Positions 33,354-33,494 of a stretch of DNA of 33,494 nt are shown here, piece after piece. Source of the stretch: Candidatus Bathyarchaeia archaeon (GTDB lineage Archaea; Thermoproteota; Bathyarchaeia; Bathyarchaeales; Bathycorpusculaceae); NCBI GenBank assembly GCA_041480925.1, contig JBGPAV010000001.1, positions 1-33,494 on the forward strand. Direction: 5' to 3'. Both the position numbers and the translations under genes were made by a program. Below the pieces are notes generated by a model. That model saw only the letters and a program-made list of their open reading frames with translations, was not told the DNA's origin and did not search any database. Every line of letters begins with the position of its first letter. The first letter of the stretch is position 1.

Positions 33354-33494
33354 TCATTTTGCCGGGATACGCTTGACGACTGGAGGCTTCACTTTCTTCA
33401 AAATCCTGTAACCACAGATTATGCACTTTATTTCGCCACCGCGCATCTCCAGTTCTTCAGAAGGTACCTTGGCGCCGCATCTAACGCATTCGTA
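33354..33494 (-). CDS. rpoP: DNA-directed RNA polymerase subunit P (Rpb12 homolog), 5' partial at the window end
   Basis: My hand translation of the minus strand gives YECVRCGAKVPSEELEMRGGEIKCIICGYRILKKVKPPVVKRIPAK*. It shows the C..C...C..CG.RIL.K zinc ribbon signature. It is not in the ORF track. Confidence 0.8.
   Translation of the reverse strand, partial: YECVRCGAKVPSEELEMRGGEIKCIICGYRILKKVKPPVVKRIPAK

Noticed and set aside
1-33494. I scanned the whole window for CRISPR repeats, rRNA or tRNA genes, IS or transposase or integrase genes, and ORB-type origin repeats.
   Set aside because: I saw no regularly spaced direct repeats, no tRNA-like cloverleaf signatures in the spacers and no recombinase-like ORFs. 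An absence judged by eye is not proof; tRNAscan-SE, Infernal and a repeat finder would settle it.

Overview
This is a densely coding archaeal chromosomal segment. The informational genes are of the archaeal/eukaryotic type: primase PriL (partial) and PriS, MCM, two GINS subunits, RFC small and large subunits, aIF2-alpha, L44e, S27e, Nop10 and RpoP (partial). The priS-gins51 and gins23-mcm pairings resemble the arrangement known from Sulfolobus, so a TACK-like lineage is my guess, but that is inference only. By eye I recognised no rRNA, tRNA, CRISPR array, transposase or integrase.

Layout:
- 0.3-6.3 kb: a glycosylation island with a Dol-P-Man synthase-like GT2, a DUF2079-type polytopic membrane protein, a GT4, a SAM methyltransferase and a second GT2. 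It also holds an unexplained 452-nt ORF-free gap.
- 6.4-8.2 kb: priS-gins51.
- 8.2-9.2 kb: an archaeosortase.
- 9.4-11.7 kb: the conserved L44e-S27e-aIF2alpha-Nop10-PAC2 operon. Nop10 is missing from the supplied ORF track.
- 11.7-13.6 kb: wecB, then a stand-alone type IV pilin-like gene.
- 13.6-16.2 kb: gins23-mcm.
- 24.3-26.5 kb: rfcS-rfcL.
- 26.6-29.0 kb: a four-gene RNA-metabolism string (tRNA-binding protein, HD hydrolase, endonuclease V, TRAX/translin-like).
- 29.3-33.5 kb: glyA, a heavily sequon-rich surface protein, a small 8-Cys protein and rpoP (partial).

The most unusual part is 16.4-24.2 kb. It holds two glutamate dehydrogenase paralogs in inverted orientation, and one of them carries a 166-aa N-terminal extension made of two tandem ribbon-helix-helix-like repeats. 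Between them lie an FMN-domain-only glutamate-synthase-like protein and a KaiC/RecA-fold protein with no Walker A motif. Downstream is a 644-aa protein with an N-terminal RHH and four V4R-like modules. The intergenic regions of this block share phased TGWACAT heptads. The two gdh genes also share two ~70-nt patches of near-identical DNA. I propose this block as a candidate undescribed glutamate/2-oxoglutarate sensing and regulatory module.

All family calls come from motif recognition by eye; no database search was possible.
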